A stretch of DNA of 64,000 nt from Clostridiales bacterium (GTDB lineage: Bacteria > Bacillota > Clostridia > Monoglobales > Monoglobaceae): assembly GCA_016303265.1 (NCBI GenBank), contig JAEDLZ010000001.1, forward strand, positions 983 to 64,982, in the 5' to 3' direction. Both the position numbers and the translations under genes were made by a program. Below, one piece after another: positions 9,034 through 19,228 of the stretch. The notes under the pieces are model-generated. The model worked only from the letters and a program-made list of their open reading frames with translations, made no database searches and had not been told where the DNA came from. Position 1 is the stretch's first letter, and every line of letters starts with the position of its first letter.

Positions 9034-9993
9034 ATGGCAGTTTCTGTTTTATTGTTCATTGTGGGGCTTATATTGCTCATAAAGGGGGGCGACTGGTTTG
9101 TTGACGGGGCAACGGGTATTGCCCACCGGTTCCATATCCCCGAAATTTTAATCGGCGCAACCGTGGTTTCAATCGGAACAACCCTTCCTGAGGTAATGGT
9201 TTCGGCAACCTCAGCGGTAATCGGTCACGGCGAGATTGCCTACGGAAACGCAATTGGCTCGATAATCTGCAATACGGCTCTTATCTCGGCGCTGACATTT
9301 GCGATTGCTCCTTCAAAGGTAGACAGAAAAACCTTTAAAATTCCGGTGATATTTTTCTTTATTGCGGCGGTTTTTTATTCTGTAATTGCCTATACAACAG
9401 GATATTTCAGCAGGGCAGTCGGCATAGTTTTGCTTGCAATCTTTGTTGTTTATATGGTTATGACGGTTGCACAGGCGAAGAAAACACCAAAAGCCGAGCA
9501 AGAAAAAAAGGACAACGGCGGCTCATCCGTGAAAGATATAATATTTCTTATTGTGGGGGCGGCGCTTATTGCAATCGGGGCCAAGCTTCTTGTGGATAAC
9601 GGAACCCTGATTGCTGAGGCTCTCGGCGTACCCGAATCGGTTATTGCGCTGACCTTCGTTGCTCTCGGAACATCGCTTCCGGAGCTTGTAACAGCCATAA
9701 CATCTCTTGTTAAGGGCCATGGCGCACTGTCGCTGGGCAATATCGTGGGAGCAAATCTTTTCAATCTTGTGTTTGTAAGCGGCGTTTCGGTGGTTTTAAG
9801 TCCTTTTTCAATCCCGGCAAGCAAGACGGTTGCAGGAATGAATGCATCTCTTGCAGTTGATATACCCGTTATGTTTTTCGTTATGGCATTCATGACGATT
9901 CCCGCACTTATAAGAGGAAAGCTCTCCCGTGCTCAGGGAATAATCCTTCTGTGCGTTTATGCGGCTTTTTGTGCGTTTCAGTTTTTTGTGTAA
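9034..9993 (+). CDS. Ca2+/Na+ antiporter (CaCA/YrbG family)
   Basis: 319 aa. GDWFVDGA, alpha-repeats GATVVSIGTTLPE and ALGTSLPELVT. SD aaggagg. Confidence 0.9.
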   Translation: MAVSVLLFIVGLILLIKGGDWFVDGATGIAHRFHIPEILIGATVVSIGTTLPEVMVSATSAVIGHGEIAYGNAIGSIICNTALISALTFAIAPSKVDRKTFKIPVIFFFIAAVFYSVIAYTTGYFSRAVGIVLLAIFVVYMVMTVAQAKKTPKAEQEKKDNGGSSVKDIIFLIVGAALIAIGAKLLVDNGTLIAEALGVPESVIALTFVALGTSLPELVTAITSLVKGHGALSLGNIVGANLFNLVFVSGVSVVLSPFSIPASKTVAGMNASLAVDIPVMFFVMAFMTIPALIRGKLSRAQGIILLCVYAAFCAFQFFV

Positions 9994-10016
9994 TATCAGT
10001 CTTAATAAATAATAAA

Positions 10017-10058
10017 GGGAGTGCGGCGAAACAAAATCATTTCGCGGCACTCCCTTTT
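10017..10058. terminator. bidirectional terminator (antiporter / bioY)
   Basis: gggagtgcggcgaaa-loop-tttcgcggcactccc flanked by aaa / tttt. Confidence 0.7.
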
Positions 10059-10085
10059 GATGCTTTCTCCCAAAAAGCTGCCCCG

Positions 10086-10607
10086 CTATATTCGGATTTT
10101 CTTTTTAATCTGAACCGAAACAATTGATGCGGCGGCGATTTTAACGGCGTCGCCTATAAGAAATGGAACAACGCAAACCAAAAGTGCGGCGGCGAGAGAC
10201 ATTTTCGTCTGAAACATAAACCATGCCGTTCCCACAATATAACAAACAGCCGTTCCGAGCACCATGGCGGCGGGATAACTTAAAATTTTATCCCATTTAT
10301 TTGTAATTAAGCCGATAATATATGCACAGGGAATATAACCGATTATGTATCCGCCGGTAACTCCCGCAATTTTCTGAAGTCCGCCCTCAAAGCCGGAAAA
10401 TACGGGAAGCCCGACGCAGCCGAGAAGTATGTAAATAATAACGGCAATGCTCCCCTTTCGGCACCCCAGAGCTGCCCCGGCGATATAAACCGCAAAGGTT
10501 GCAAGGGATATGGGAATCGGACCGACAGATACGGAAAACGGAGCGGCAACACAGATTATTGCCGCCATTATTGCTGTTTGTGTAATGTTTTTAACCTTCA
10601 TTTTCAA
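10086..10607 (-). CDS. bioY: biotin transporter BioY (ECF S component)
   Basis: 173 aa with hydrophobic helices and ..GGLQKIAGVTGGYIIGYIP... Overlaps the birA stop by 17 nt. Confidence 0.9.
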   Translation of the reverse strand: MKMKVKNITQTAIMAAIICVAAPFSVSVGPIPISLATFAVYIAGAALGCRKGSIAVIIYILLGCVGLPVFSGFEGGLQKIAGVTGGYIIGYIPCAYIIGLITNKWDKILSYPAAMVLGTAVCYIVGTAWFMFQTKMSLAAALLVCVVPFLIGDAVKIAAASIVSVQIKKKIRI

Positions 10608-11568
10608 TCACCCTAACGCTGACTTCTCCCGAGTATAAAACTGAGCGAGCCCCGCCGCAGTCGACAATAAGACCGCCTCGATTGTCGATTCCCACAGCTT
10701 TTGCCCGGTATTTTTCGCTTCCTTTCAGTATATTTATGTCTTTGCCTATAACATTGGAGCGGCTTCGGCTTTCCTCAAGGAAGCCGCCGCTTTCAAAATT
10801 TTTATAAAGCTTGTCCAGCTCATTCAGAATTTGTGCGGCAACCTCCGCTTTGGAAATGCTCTCCCCGGTTTCGTTTTCCAAAGAGGAGGCTATGCTTTTA
10901 AGTTCGCCGGGAAATTCGGTTTTCTTTACATTAACCCCTATTCCGAGGACTATATATTCCGGGATTCCGCTTTCAAAATCAAGCAGAGCTTCCGTAAGTA
11001 TTCCGCAAATTTTTTTACCGTTCATATAAAGATCGTTAACCCATTTTATCCGGACCTCGCCGCCGCAGACCTTTTCAATTGCTCTTGCTGCGGCGACTGC
11101 GGCCATTGAGGTTATCAAAATATTGCTTTCGGCAGTACATCCGGGACGCAGAATAACCGAAATGTAAACCCCCTTGTCCGCGGGAGAAAAGAATGACCGA
11201 CCGAGCCTGCCTTTTCCGCCCGTCTGAGTTCTTGCAATAACCGCAGTGCCCTCTGCCGCACCCTTTGCCGCAAGCTCTTTGGCGTAGTTATTTGTGGACG
11301 CCGTTTCATAAAGAACAATAAGCTCTCTGCCCATAAGCGAGCTTTCAAGCCTCTTTTTTATCGCCTGACCGGACAAAATATCGTTATCGTTTTTCAATAT
11401 GTAGCCCTTGTTGTTTACCCCGCAAATGTCGTAGCCGTCACTTTGCAGGGCTTTAATGCTCTTCCAGACCGCATTCCGGGAAACTCCGAGACTTTTTGCC
11501 ATTTCCTCCCCCGAAACGCTGCCGCCGCTGTTTATAAGATATTCAAGAACCTTATCCTTAACTTTCAT
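10591..11568 (-). CDS. birA: bifunctional biotin-protein ligase / biotin operon repressor BirA
   Basis: N-terminal wHTH (GEEMAKSLGVSRNAVWKSIKALQSDGYDI), GGKGRLGRSF and KWVNDLY ligase motifs. Start set to ATG 11568 (MKVKDKVLEYL). Confidence 0.9.
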   Translation of the reverse strand: MKVKDKVLEYLINSGGSVSGEEMAKSLGVSRNAVWKSIKALQSDGYDICGVNNKGYILKNDNDILSGQAIKKRLESSLMGRELIVLYETASTNNYAKELAAKGAAEGTAVIARTQTGGKGRLGRSFFSPADKGVYISVILRPGCTAESNILITSMAAVAAARAIEKVCGGEVRIKWVNDLYMNGKKICGILTEALLDFESGIPEYIVLGIGVNVKKTEFPGELKSIASSLENETGESISKAEVAAQILNELDKLYKNFESGGFLEESRSRSNVIGKDINILKGSEKYRAKAVGIDNRGGLIVDCGGARSVLYSGEVSVRVIENEG

Positions 11569-11620
11569 ATTCAGCCTCGCCTTTGTTATTTGCACCTATC
11601 ATACCATATAAAATTAAAAT

Positions 11621-11650
11621 TGTCAACCTATTTAATATAAAAAGTTGACA
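11621..11650. promoter_or_regulatory. candidate BirA operator (bioO)
   Basis: TGTCAAC-N16-GTTGACA inverted repeat about 55-80 nt upstream of birA. Resembles the Firmicute TGTnAAC-N15/16-GTTnACA BirA box. Confidence 0.5.
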
Positions 11651-11651
11651 T

Positions 11652-12506
11652 TTAAGTTCTTTGTAAGACATCGCCGTAGGTTGCGGATATTCCGAGGGCG
11701 AGAAGCCCGTCAAGAATTTCGGTTTCGCTGAGGGAGGCGATTATTTTGCCGTTTTCAAAAATGTTTACAACGATATAATAGTCGTAGGAAATAAACCTAA
11801 GGATTTTCCTTGCCGATTCGCCCCTTGAGGCGGTAAATATCCTGGTTTTTTTCATTGCGCCGACCTTTTTGGAGCTGCCCATAATTTCCCGAACCGTAAC
11901 CATGGTAATGCTTCGCTGCTCGCTGTATATATTTCCCAAAAGGAAGGCGGAAATTAAAACATAGGTGAAGTTAAACCTTGTAACAGCCAAGACAAAAACC
12001 GAAAAAGGAATAAAAAGGGAAAGAAGAATTTTTCCGCTTTTTTGGGAAATTGCGTAAGCGCGGATAATTCCCATTTGAGAGGTCAGCATGGATTTTACCA
12101 TTCTTCCGCCGTCTAAGGGCAGGGCGGGGAGAAGATTGATTGTGCAGATACAAATGTTTATCATAAAAACATAGTCCGCCTCATAAATCGGGAAAATCAA
12201 AGCTGTTACGGCAATGAATATGCTCGTAAAAGGACCTGCAAAGGCGATAAAAAATTCCTTTTCGGAGTTGTTTATATAGCCGTCTTTGAGCATGGCGGAA
12301 ACTCCGAAAGGGTGAATTTCCAGTTTTGATATTCCCACTCCCATAAATCTTGCCGCAGCAATATGGGAGCATTCATGAATCAGTATTGACAAAAACGAAA
12401 TGGCAAACATTTCAAAATAGCCCATACAGACGGCGAATATCACCGTAGGGATAAATAATAAATCAAGGTCGATTTTGCCTAAATTGACATGAAGAAATTT
12501 TTTCAT
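11652..12506 (-). CDS. spoIVFB: M50 site-2 protease, SpoIVFB-like
   Basis: HECSHIAAARFMG (HExxH) and NLLPALPLDGGRM (NxxPxxxLDG), multiple TM segments, soluble C-terminal domain. Confidence 0.8.
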   Translation of the reverse strand: MKKFLHVNLGKIDLDLLFIPTVIFAVCMGYFEMFAISFLSILIHECSHIAAARFMGVGISKLEIHPFGVSAMLKDGYINNSEKEFFIAFAGPFTSIFIAVTALIFPIYEADYVFMINICICTINLLPALPLDGGRMVKSMLTSQMGIIRAYAISQKSGKILLSLFIPFSVFVLAVTRFNFTYVLISAFLLGNIYSEQRSITMVTVREIMGSSKKVGAMKKTRIFTASRGESARKILRFISYDYYIVVNIFENGKIIASLSETEILDGLLALGISATYGDVLQRT

Positions 12507-12757
12507 CAGACAAAAATCCCCGAAACAAACGCAATGAAAGCGTCGAGGGTCAGGTTATAGCCCACGGCGTTTTTAATAAACGAAGAAACCGTTTCCGAAA
12601 ACGGAAGATTTGCATTTTTTACATAATAAAGTGCGGCAAAAATCATAGCGGCAAAAATACATTGTTTAGTCAGGAGATTGATAAGCCCGGGAACAAATCC
12701 GGTTTGCTTTTGCTGCGGCTTTCTTGAGCGGGAACGGGAGCGGACTTCCTGCGTCAT
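12506..12757 (-). CDS. small membrane protein translationally coupled to spoIVFB
   Basis: 83 aa. Basic N-terminus then one TM. Its stop overlaps the spoIVFB ATG (ATGA). Possible SpoIVFA-like partner, but no family recognised. Confidence 0.4.
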   Translation of the reverse strand: MTQEVRSRSRSRKPQQKQTGFVPGLINLLTKQCIFAAMIFAALYYVKNANLPFSETVSSFIKNAVGYNLTLDAFIAFVSGIFV

Positions 12758-12934
12758 ATTTATCTGCCTTTCTGCCCCGTAAATTTATTTTGCGGCTTAT
12801 GAGGGCACATAAGACGCCTTTGCCAAATGTACTTTTTGTACAAGTATATTTTCCGTTTTTCATATTTATGCTTGAAAAATCGGAGAATTTAGTGTATCAT
12901 ATACTATGTTAAAACTTTGGAACGGAGAAGATGA

Positions 12935-14797
12935 ATGAGTATATACGAAGCAAAATTTGAAAAACTTCTTAAAAAGGTGCAAAAGCCTGCCAGATATACG
13001 GGAAATGAATATAACAGCGTACATAAAGAGGTGACGGAGGGCATGATGACCTTTGCCTTTTGCTTCCCCGATGTTTATGAGGTGGGAATGTCCCACCTGG
13101 GTATAAAAATTCTGTATCATATGCTGAACGAAAGAAAGGACACATTCTGCGAGAGGGTTTTTGCGCCTTGGCCTGATATGGAGGACTTAATGCGTGAAAA
13201 CGGTATTCCGCTTTTGTCAATGGAAAGTCACACGCCCATAGCCGAGTTTGATATGGTAGGTTTCACCCTCCAGTATGAAATGAGCTACAGCAATGTTGTT
13301 AATATGCTGGATATGGCGAATATTCCGCTTAGGACGAGGGACAGAAAAATAACGGACCCCTTTGTATGTGCAGGGGGACCCTGCGCCTATAACGGCGAGC
13401 CAATCGCAGATTTCATAGATTTTTTTATTTTAGGCGAGGGCGAGGAAATAAACAATGAGATAATGGATGTATACAAAAAGTGGAGAGGCACTTCCGACGA
13501 CAGAAATACCTATCTTGAAGAGATTGCAAAAATTGAGGGAATTTATGTCCCCTCATTTTATGATGTTACATATAACGACGACCAAACAATTAAGTCGGTA
13601 AAGCCAAACCGGGCAGGAGTTCCCGAAAAGGTGCGAAAGCGGATAATCCTTGACCTTGACAACTGCTATATTCCCGAAAAAATCGTTGTTCCGTTTATGG
13701 ATGTTATACACGACAGAATTATGCTTGAAATTTTCAGGGGCTGCATAAGAGGCTGCCGCTTCTGCCAGGCAGGCTATCTTTACCGGCCTGTAAGAGAGAG
13801 GTCGGTGGAAAAACTGACGGCTGTGGCGGACTCCTGCATAAAGCACACGGGGTATGAGGAGATGACAATTTCTTCCCTTAGCACCAGTGACTATACAGAG
13901 CTTCAAACATTGGTGGATAATTTATTGGAAATTACCGCTCACAAGCGCATAAACCTTTCGCTTCCGTCCCTTCGTGTGGATAACTTCTCCATGGAGCTGA
14001 TGGAAAAGGTGCAGACGGTCAAAAGGAGCGGACTTACCTTTGCCCCTGAGGCCGGGTCGCAGAGGCTGCGCGATGTAATCAACAAGAATGTGAGGGAGGA
14101 GGATTTGCTCCGGACCGCCGGGATTGCTTTTAGGGGCGGCTATGACAGGATAAAGCTGTATTTTATGATAGGGCTGCCCACCGAAACGGATGAGGATGTT
14201 GCGGCGATTGCGGAGCTTGCCCAAAAGGTCATAGATGTGTTTTATGAAATCCCCAAAGAGGAGCGAAAGGGCAGAAATGTCAGCATAACAATAAGCACAT
14301 CCTCTTTTGTTCCTAAACCTTTTACGCCATTCCAGTGGGAGCCGCAGAACAGAATGGAGGAGCTTATACGCAAGCAGCAGTTTTTAAAGGAGCAGATAAA
14401 ATCCCGAAAAATCGTATATAACTGGCATCAGAGCCAGGTCAGCTATCTTGAAGCGATATTTGCAAAGGGTGACAGAAGGCTGTGCGATGTGGTTGAAACG
14501 GCGGTTAAGTCGGGGTGCAGATTTGACGGCTGGAGCGAATATTTCGATTTTGATAAGTGGATGGCGGCATTTAAGGAAAATAATATAAACCCCGAATTTT
14601 ATGCATACCGCAAAATCGGACATGATGAGGTTCTTCCCTGGGACCATATTGATACAGGGGTAAATAAGGATTTTATTATGCGTGAGCATGACAGGGCTTA
14701 CGAGGAAAAAACAACCCCGGATTGCCGTCAAAAATGCAGTGGCTGCGGAGCGGCGTCGTTTAAAGGAGGTGTTTGCTTTGAGCAAAAGAAGGCTTAA
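12935..14797 (+). CDS. radical SAM protein (B12-binding-like N-domain; TIGR03960-type)
   Basis: 620 aa. FRGCIRGCRFCQAG = CxxxCxxC cluster motif. Confidence 0.85.
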   Translation: MSIYEAKFEKLLKKVQKPARYTGNEYNSVHKEVTEGMMTFAFCFPDVYEVGMSHLGIKILYHMLNERKDTFCERVFAPWPDMEDLMRENGIPLLSMESHTPIAEFDMVGFTLQYEMSYSNVVNMLDMANIPLRTRDRKITDPFVCAGGPCAYNGEPIADFIDFFILGEGEEINNEIMDVYKKWRGTSDDRNTYLEEIAKIEGIYVPSFYDVTYNDDQTIKSVKPNRAGVPEKVRKRIILDLDNCYIPEKIVVPFMDVIHDRIMLEIFRGCIRGCRFCQAGYLYRPVRERSVEKLTAVADSCIKHTGYEEMTISSLSTSDYTELQTLVDNLLEITAHKRINLSLPSLRVDNFSMELMEKVQTVKRSGLTFAPEAGSQRLRDVINKNVREEDLLRTAGIAFRGGYDRIKLYFMIGLPTETDEDVAAIAELAQKVIDVFYEIPKEERKGRNVSITISTSSFVPKPFTPFQWEPQNRMEELIRKQQFLKEQIKSRKIVYNWHQSQVSYLEAIFAKGDRRLCDVVETAVKSGCRFDGWSEYFDFDKWMAAFKENNINPEFYAYRKIGHDEVLPWDHIDTGVNKDFIMREHDRAYEEKTTPDCRQKCSGCGAASFKGGVCFEQKKA

Positions 14798-15443
14798 ATT
14801 TTCAAAAACGGGGATGGGAAAGTATATTTCCCACCTTGACCTGCTCAGGGCATTCACAAGAGCAATAACGAGGGCGGAACTGCCGGTAAGGTATACGCAG
14901 GGCTTTAATCCCCATCAGATTATAACATTTGCGCTCCCATTGCCCATTGGAGTAACCGGCGAAACAGAATTTGTTGATGTGGATTTTGAGGAAACGGCGT
15001 CCAATGATGAAATTATGGAAAAGCTGAATCGTTCCCTTCCGCCGGACATAAGGATTCTGAAGGTTGGCGAGCTTAACTGCAATGCGGCGGATATTGTTTC
15101 CGCAGAATACAAAATCCGCATAATCGCACCCTGCGCCTTTGAAAGGGATAAGGTTGAAGAATTTTATGCGCAAAAGGAAATACCGGTTATAAAAAAGACT
15201 AAAAAGGGCGAAAAAGAGGTTAATCTTGCGGAATATATAAAAAGCGCAAGAATAGACGAAATCAGCGGAAATGAAATAAATATGCGTGTAATTCTTGCGG
15301 CAGGAGGAGTAATGAACATAAAGCCCGAAATAATGATAAACAAGCTGGAGGAAGCTCTTGGCATGGGCGAGTTTGATGAGGTCTATATCCATCGGACGAA
15401 AATTTTCTGTGATGAAAACGGTGTTTTAAAAGAAATGTACTAA
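14778..15443 (+). CDS. radical-SAM-linked protein (DUF2344 / TIGR03936-type)
   Basis: LKFSKTGMGKYISHLDLLRAFTRAITRAELPVRYTQGFNPH... Start set to in-frame TTG 14778 behind SD aaaggagg. The track ORF start (14682) lies inside the previous gene. Confidence 0.75.
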   Translation: MSKRRLKFSKTGMGKYISHLDLLRAFTRAITRAELPVRYTQGFNPHQIITFALPLPIGVTGETEFVDVDFEETASNDEIMEKLNRSLPPDIRILKVGELNCNAADIVSAEYKIRIIAPCAFERDKVEEFYAQKEIPVIKKTKKGEKEVNLAEYIKSARIDEISGNEINMRVILAAGGVMNIKPEIMINKLEEALGMGEFDEVYIHRTKIFCDENGVLKEMY

Positions 15444-15463
15444 AAATTAAAAAACTCAGTATA

Positions 15464-15494
15464 AAAATCCCGCTGAATTTTCATCGGGATTTTA
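15464..15494. terminator. hairpin terminator
   Basis: aaatcccg-loop-cgggattt flanked by A- and T-runs. Confidence 0.7.
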
Positions 15495-15585
15495 TACTGT
15501 ATATATCAATAAATTGTGCGGCCGCCGCCTGTCGGAAATGCAAAATCCTGTTTTGCCTATATTGACAGGGCGTTAATCAGGGTCT

Positions 15586-16914
15586 TTATCTGTAAGTTTC
15601 TGCCAGTTTCATTAAGGCGGTTTTCGTGTTTTCGCATTTTCCCTCAATTACTGCCTTCAGCAGGCTTTTTAAAATTGCCCCCAGGCGGGCATCCCCCGCA
15701 AAGCCTGCTTCAATCAGGTCATTGCCGTTTACGGCAAGCTGACTGAGAGATAAGCACTCACCGTTTTTTATAATTTTTCGCATCACCGCACGGCATTCCT
15801 TCGCCTCGATAAGCCGCTGCGGAAAGCTTCGGTTTTTGGCAAGATTGTCCGCAATTTTTGCCTCCAGCAAAAGGCGGACCGGCGCAATCCCGTAATTCAA
15901 AAGCCATGTTTTAACGGACTTTTTATCAGGGAATATCTGTGTGTCATGGTACAAAATCAGGAATGAAACAATTTTTATGGTTGTGTTGTCATATTTGAGC
16001 CGCTTTAAAACTGTTTGACATATTTCCTTCCCCATTTTTGGGTGTCCCGCAAAGTGACCGATGCCCCGGCTGTCAAATTTAAGACACTGCGGCTTTGCAA
16101 TATCGTGAAAAAACATTGCAAGGCGGACATATATAAGCTTCGGCGCCGCTGCAATTGAGCAAACAATATGTCCCCAAACATCGTATATGTGATGAAAATT
16201 CCGCTGGTCAAAGTCAAATGTCGGGACGATTTCGGGAATAAAAACCGCGATAACATCCTTGTATTCGTGAAGAATTTTCTCAACATAATCGCCGAGTAAA
16301 AGCTTGTTAAATTCCGCCGCAATACGCTCGGCAGAAATGTTCTTGAGCAAATTGCAATTTTTATGGATTGCCAGGTGAGTGCTTTCGTCCATAGTCAGCG
16401 AAAGAACCGAAGCGAAGCGGATTCCGCGCATAATGCGCAGAGCGTCCTCAGCAAACCGCTTGTCAGGGTCGCCGACACAGCGAAGCGTCATATTCTGAAT
16501 ATCACTGAGCCCGCCGAAGTAGTCAATAATTCCTGTTTTCGGGTTGTAAGCAAGAGCGTTAACGGTAAAATCCCTGCGCGACAAATCCTCTTTAAGACTT
16601 TTTGTAAAGACAACGCTGTCGGGGCGGCGATTGTCACTGTATTCCCCTTCTATACGGAAGGTCGTTATTTCGATATGAAGACGGTCAATAATTACCGTGA
16701 CTGTGCCATGCTTTGCGCCTGTCAAAACGGTTTTATGTTTTTTAAAGACTGCGCAAATTTCATCGGGGAGAGCGGAGGTGGTAATATCCCAGTCCGCAGG
16801 TGTTCTGCCCATAACGCTGTCGCGGACGCAGCCGCCGACGATGTATGCCTCAAAGCCGCTTTCCTCAAGGGCGATAAGAGCTTCTTCAATCTGAACGGGC
16901 ATATCAATATTCAT
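15586..16914 (-). CDS. cca: CCA-adding tRNA nucleotidyltransferase with HD domain
   Basis: GGCVRDSVMGRTPADWDITT plus an HD region (HFAGHPKMG..LYHD). Start set to ATG 16914 behind SD gggaggtg. Confidence 0.9.
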   Translation of the reverse strand: MNIDMPVQIEEALIALEESGFEAYIVGGCVRDSVMGRTPADWDITTSALPDEICAVFKKHKTVLTGAKHGTVTVIIDRLHIEITTFRIEGEYSDNRRPDSVVFTKSLKEDLSRRDFTVNALAYNPKTGIIDYFGGLSDIQNMTLRCVGDPDKRFAEDALRIMRGIRFASVLSLTMDESTHLAIHKNCNLLKNISAERIAAEFNKLLLGDYVEKILHEYKDVIAVFIPEIVPTFDFDQRNFHHIYDVWGHIVCSIAAAPKLIYVRLAMFFHDIAKPQCLKFDSRGIGHFAGHPKMGKEICQTVLKRLKYDNTTIKIVSFLILYHDTQIFPDKKSVKTWLLNYGIAPVRLLLEAKIADNLAKNRSFPQRLIEAKECRAVMRKIIKNGECLSLSQLAVNGNDLIEAGFAGDARLGAILKSLLKAVIEGKCENTKTALMKLAETYR

Positions 16915-17141
16915 ATTTTCACCTCCCGGCAAAAGTTTGCGATTATTATAATGATAGCACAATAAATATTTTCTGTCAATGAAAAACCCGTTGCAAAATA
17001 TTGCAATGTGGTGTAGAATATATTTAAAGCCGCAAATGCGGGAAACGGTTAAATGAGTATGATGTGCGGTTGAGATAATTTTGAAAGAACCCCGAAAAAC
17101 GGGAACTTTGCAAAAGCCATACAAAGAAGGAGGCGGAGGCA

Positions 17142-18467
17142 ATGGAAGTAATGGATAAACTGCGGATTCTGGCGGATTCGGCAAAGTATGATGTTGCCTG
17201 CACCTCAAGCGGAGCGGACCGCAGCGGCAAAAAGGCGGCAATTAAGGACGGCGGCGGCTTCGGAAGTGCTCAGTCATCCGGAATTTGCCACACCTTCACA
17301 GGGGACGGCAGATGTGTTTCTCTGCTGAAAATTCTTATGTCTAATATGTGTGTTTTCGACTGTCAGTATTGCGTAAACCGCACCTCAAACGATGTGGAGA
17401 GGGCTACCTTCACCCCGGAGGAGATTGCGGAGCTTACCATGAACTTTTATAAGCGTAACTACATTGAGGGGCTGTTTTTAAGCTCGGCGGTGATAAAAGA
17501 TGCCGACCGCACAACGGAGCTTATGATAAGAGCGCTTTCCCTGCTTCGGAATAAATATAAATTTCACGGGTATATCCACGCAAAGGCAATTCCGGGGGCA
17601 GACCCGATTCTGATAAGGCGGCTTGGCGCTTTGTGCGACAGAATCAGCGTAAATATCGAACTGCCCAGCGAGAAGAGCCTTAAGCTTCTTGCACCGGACA
17701 AAACAAAGACCTCGATTCTTGCGCCTATGGGAGAAATTTCAAGCGGGATTGTTCAAAATAAAAATGAACTTGCCCTCTATAAATCCGCACCGAGGTTTGC
17801 ACCTGCCGGGCAAAGTACGCAGATGATTGTGGGCGCAACTCCCGAAACGGACAGGCAGATTATGGCTCTTACGGAGGGGCTTTACAAAAAATTCAATTTA
17901 AAGCGGGTGTTCTTTTCGGCATATATTCCCGTTGGAAATGCTCTTATGCTGCCAAATGCAAAACCGCCGCTTCTGCGTGAACACAGGCTGTATCAGGCGG
18001 ACTGGCTGCTGAGATTCTACGGCTTTAAGGCAGGGGAACTGCTTGATGACAAAAATCAGAATTTTGATGAGCAGCTTGACCCGAAATGTTCATGGGCGGT
18101 GAGAAATCCGCAGTTTTTTCCTGTCGAAATAAATAGTGCGGATTATGAAATGCTGCTCCGCGTCCCGGGGATAGGCGTCAGGTCAGCAAAAAGGATTGTG
18201 CGGGCAAGGCGCTGCGGCGGCATTGATTTCGACCGGCTTAAGAAAATGGGAGTCGTTTTAAAGCGGGCGAGATTTTTCATAGTGTGTAACGGGAAGTATT
18301 TTGAAAACATGAAGGTGAACCAATATAATATAGAAGAAAATCTGAAATTTTTGGCGGCGCAAAAGCCTGATTTTAAGAAGAATGTCAATCAACTGTCTAT
18401 GTTTGACAATCCGGCTCTTCTTCCGCCGAAAACGGAGACTATAAAGAGCTTGACGGGGGAATTTTAA
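17142..18467 (+). CDS. putative DNA modification/repair radical SAM protein
   Basis: 441 aa. LADSAKYDVACTSSG.., FDCQYCVNR cluster motif, HhH-like LLRVPGIGVRSAKRIV. Family recalled as TIGR03916. Confidence 0.85.
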   Translation: MEVMDKLRILADSAKYDVACTSSGADRSGKKAAIKDGGGFGSAQSSGICHTFTGDGRCVSLLKILMSNMCVFDCQYCVNRTSNDVERATFTPEEIAELTMNFYKRNYIEGLFLSSAVIKDADRTTELMIRALSLLRNKYKFHGYIHAKAIPGADPILIRRLGALCDRISVNIELPSEKSLKLLAPDKTKTSILAPMGEISSGIVQNKNELALYKSAPRFAPAGQSTQMIVGATPETDRQIMALTEGLYKKFNLKRVFFSAYIPVGNALMLPNAKPPLLREHRLYQADWLLRFYGFKAGELLDDKNQNFDEQLDPKCSWAVRNPQFFPVEINSADYEMLLRVPGIGVRSAKRIVRARRCGGIDFDRLKKMGVVLKRARFFIVCNGKYFENMKVNQYNIEENLKFLAAQKPDFKKNVNQLSMFDNPALLPPKTETIKSLTGEF

Positions 18468-19228
18468 TGGCGGTAGTTTTCACATTTGACGAAACATTCG
18501 ACGGACTTTTAAGCTGTATTTTCCGCAGCTACAGCGATAAAATCGTTCCGGAGAGGGTTTGCTCCGAAAATAATCTTCAGGGCGATTTCACAGTGGAATT
18601 TGTAAATATCAAAACCAACCCGGCCGAGGCGGAGCGCGTCCGCAAGGGCATAATAAAAACCGCTTCATGGCGGGCGTATTACCTTGCCTATACGGCATTT
18701 ATGTCAGATCTGGAGGATATTTATACGAGCGTATTTAATTTTATCCGCCTTAGCTTTGAATACAAGAAAAATGTTTTGAATCTGCTTAAAAATGACAGCG
18801 TTCTGGCGGTTGAAAAGGGGTCATACCGAGCAACTCATGAGGCGGACAAGTTAAAGGGATTTCTGCGTTTTCGGGAGCTTGAGGGCGGGATTATGTATAG
18901 TGAAATTGAGCCATGCTGCAATATATTGGAAATTCTTGCGCACCACTTTGCCGACCGTTTTCCGCTTATGCCGTTTGTCATAAAGGATGTTAAAAGAGGA
19001 CTGTCCGCAGCTTATAACGGCGATATAATCTTAACGGAGCTGCCCCTTGAAAATATCCCTGAAATCAGCCATGACGAGGAGGAATATCAAAAGCTTTGGA
19101 GGCAGTTTGTGGACAGCGTCAATATAAAGGAAAGAAAAAATCCTAAATGCCAAAGAACCATGATGCCGAAAAAATATTGGAAGCATATGCTTGAAACTCA
19201 GCCTGATACGAAAAAGAGGGGCGTTTAA
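18467..19228 (+). CDS. probable DNA metabolism protein (DUF4130 / TIGR03915-type partner)
   Basis: 253 aa. TAATG overlap with the preceding radical SAM gene. This pairing is the conserved arrangement for the family. Confidence 0.8.
   Translation: MAVVFTFDETFDGLLSCIFRSYSDKIVPERVCSENNLQGDFTVEFVNIKTNPAEAERVRKGIIKTASWRAYYLAYTAFMSDLEDIYTSVFNFIRLSFEYKKNVLNLLKNDSVLAVEKGSYRATHEADKLKGFLRFRELEGGIMYSEIEPCCNILEILAHHFADRFPLMPFVIKDVKRGLSAAYNGDIILTELPLENIPEISHDEEEYQKLWRQFVDSVNIKERKNPKCQRTMMPKKYWKHMLETQPDTKKRGV

Noticed and set aside
16915-17241. 109-codon N-terminal extension of the cca ORF in the track (MPPFCRCGPLRLRC..PLPPPPS..).
   Set aside because: It is Pro/Cys/Arg-rich and overlaps the divergent promoter region and the start of the radical SAM gene. 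The internal ATG at 16914 has a strong SD and begins the conserved nucleotidyltransferase N-terminus.
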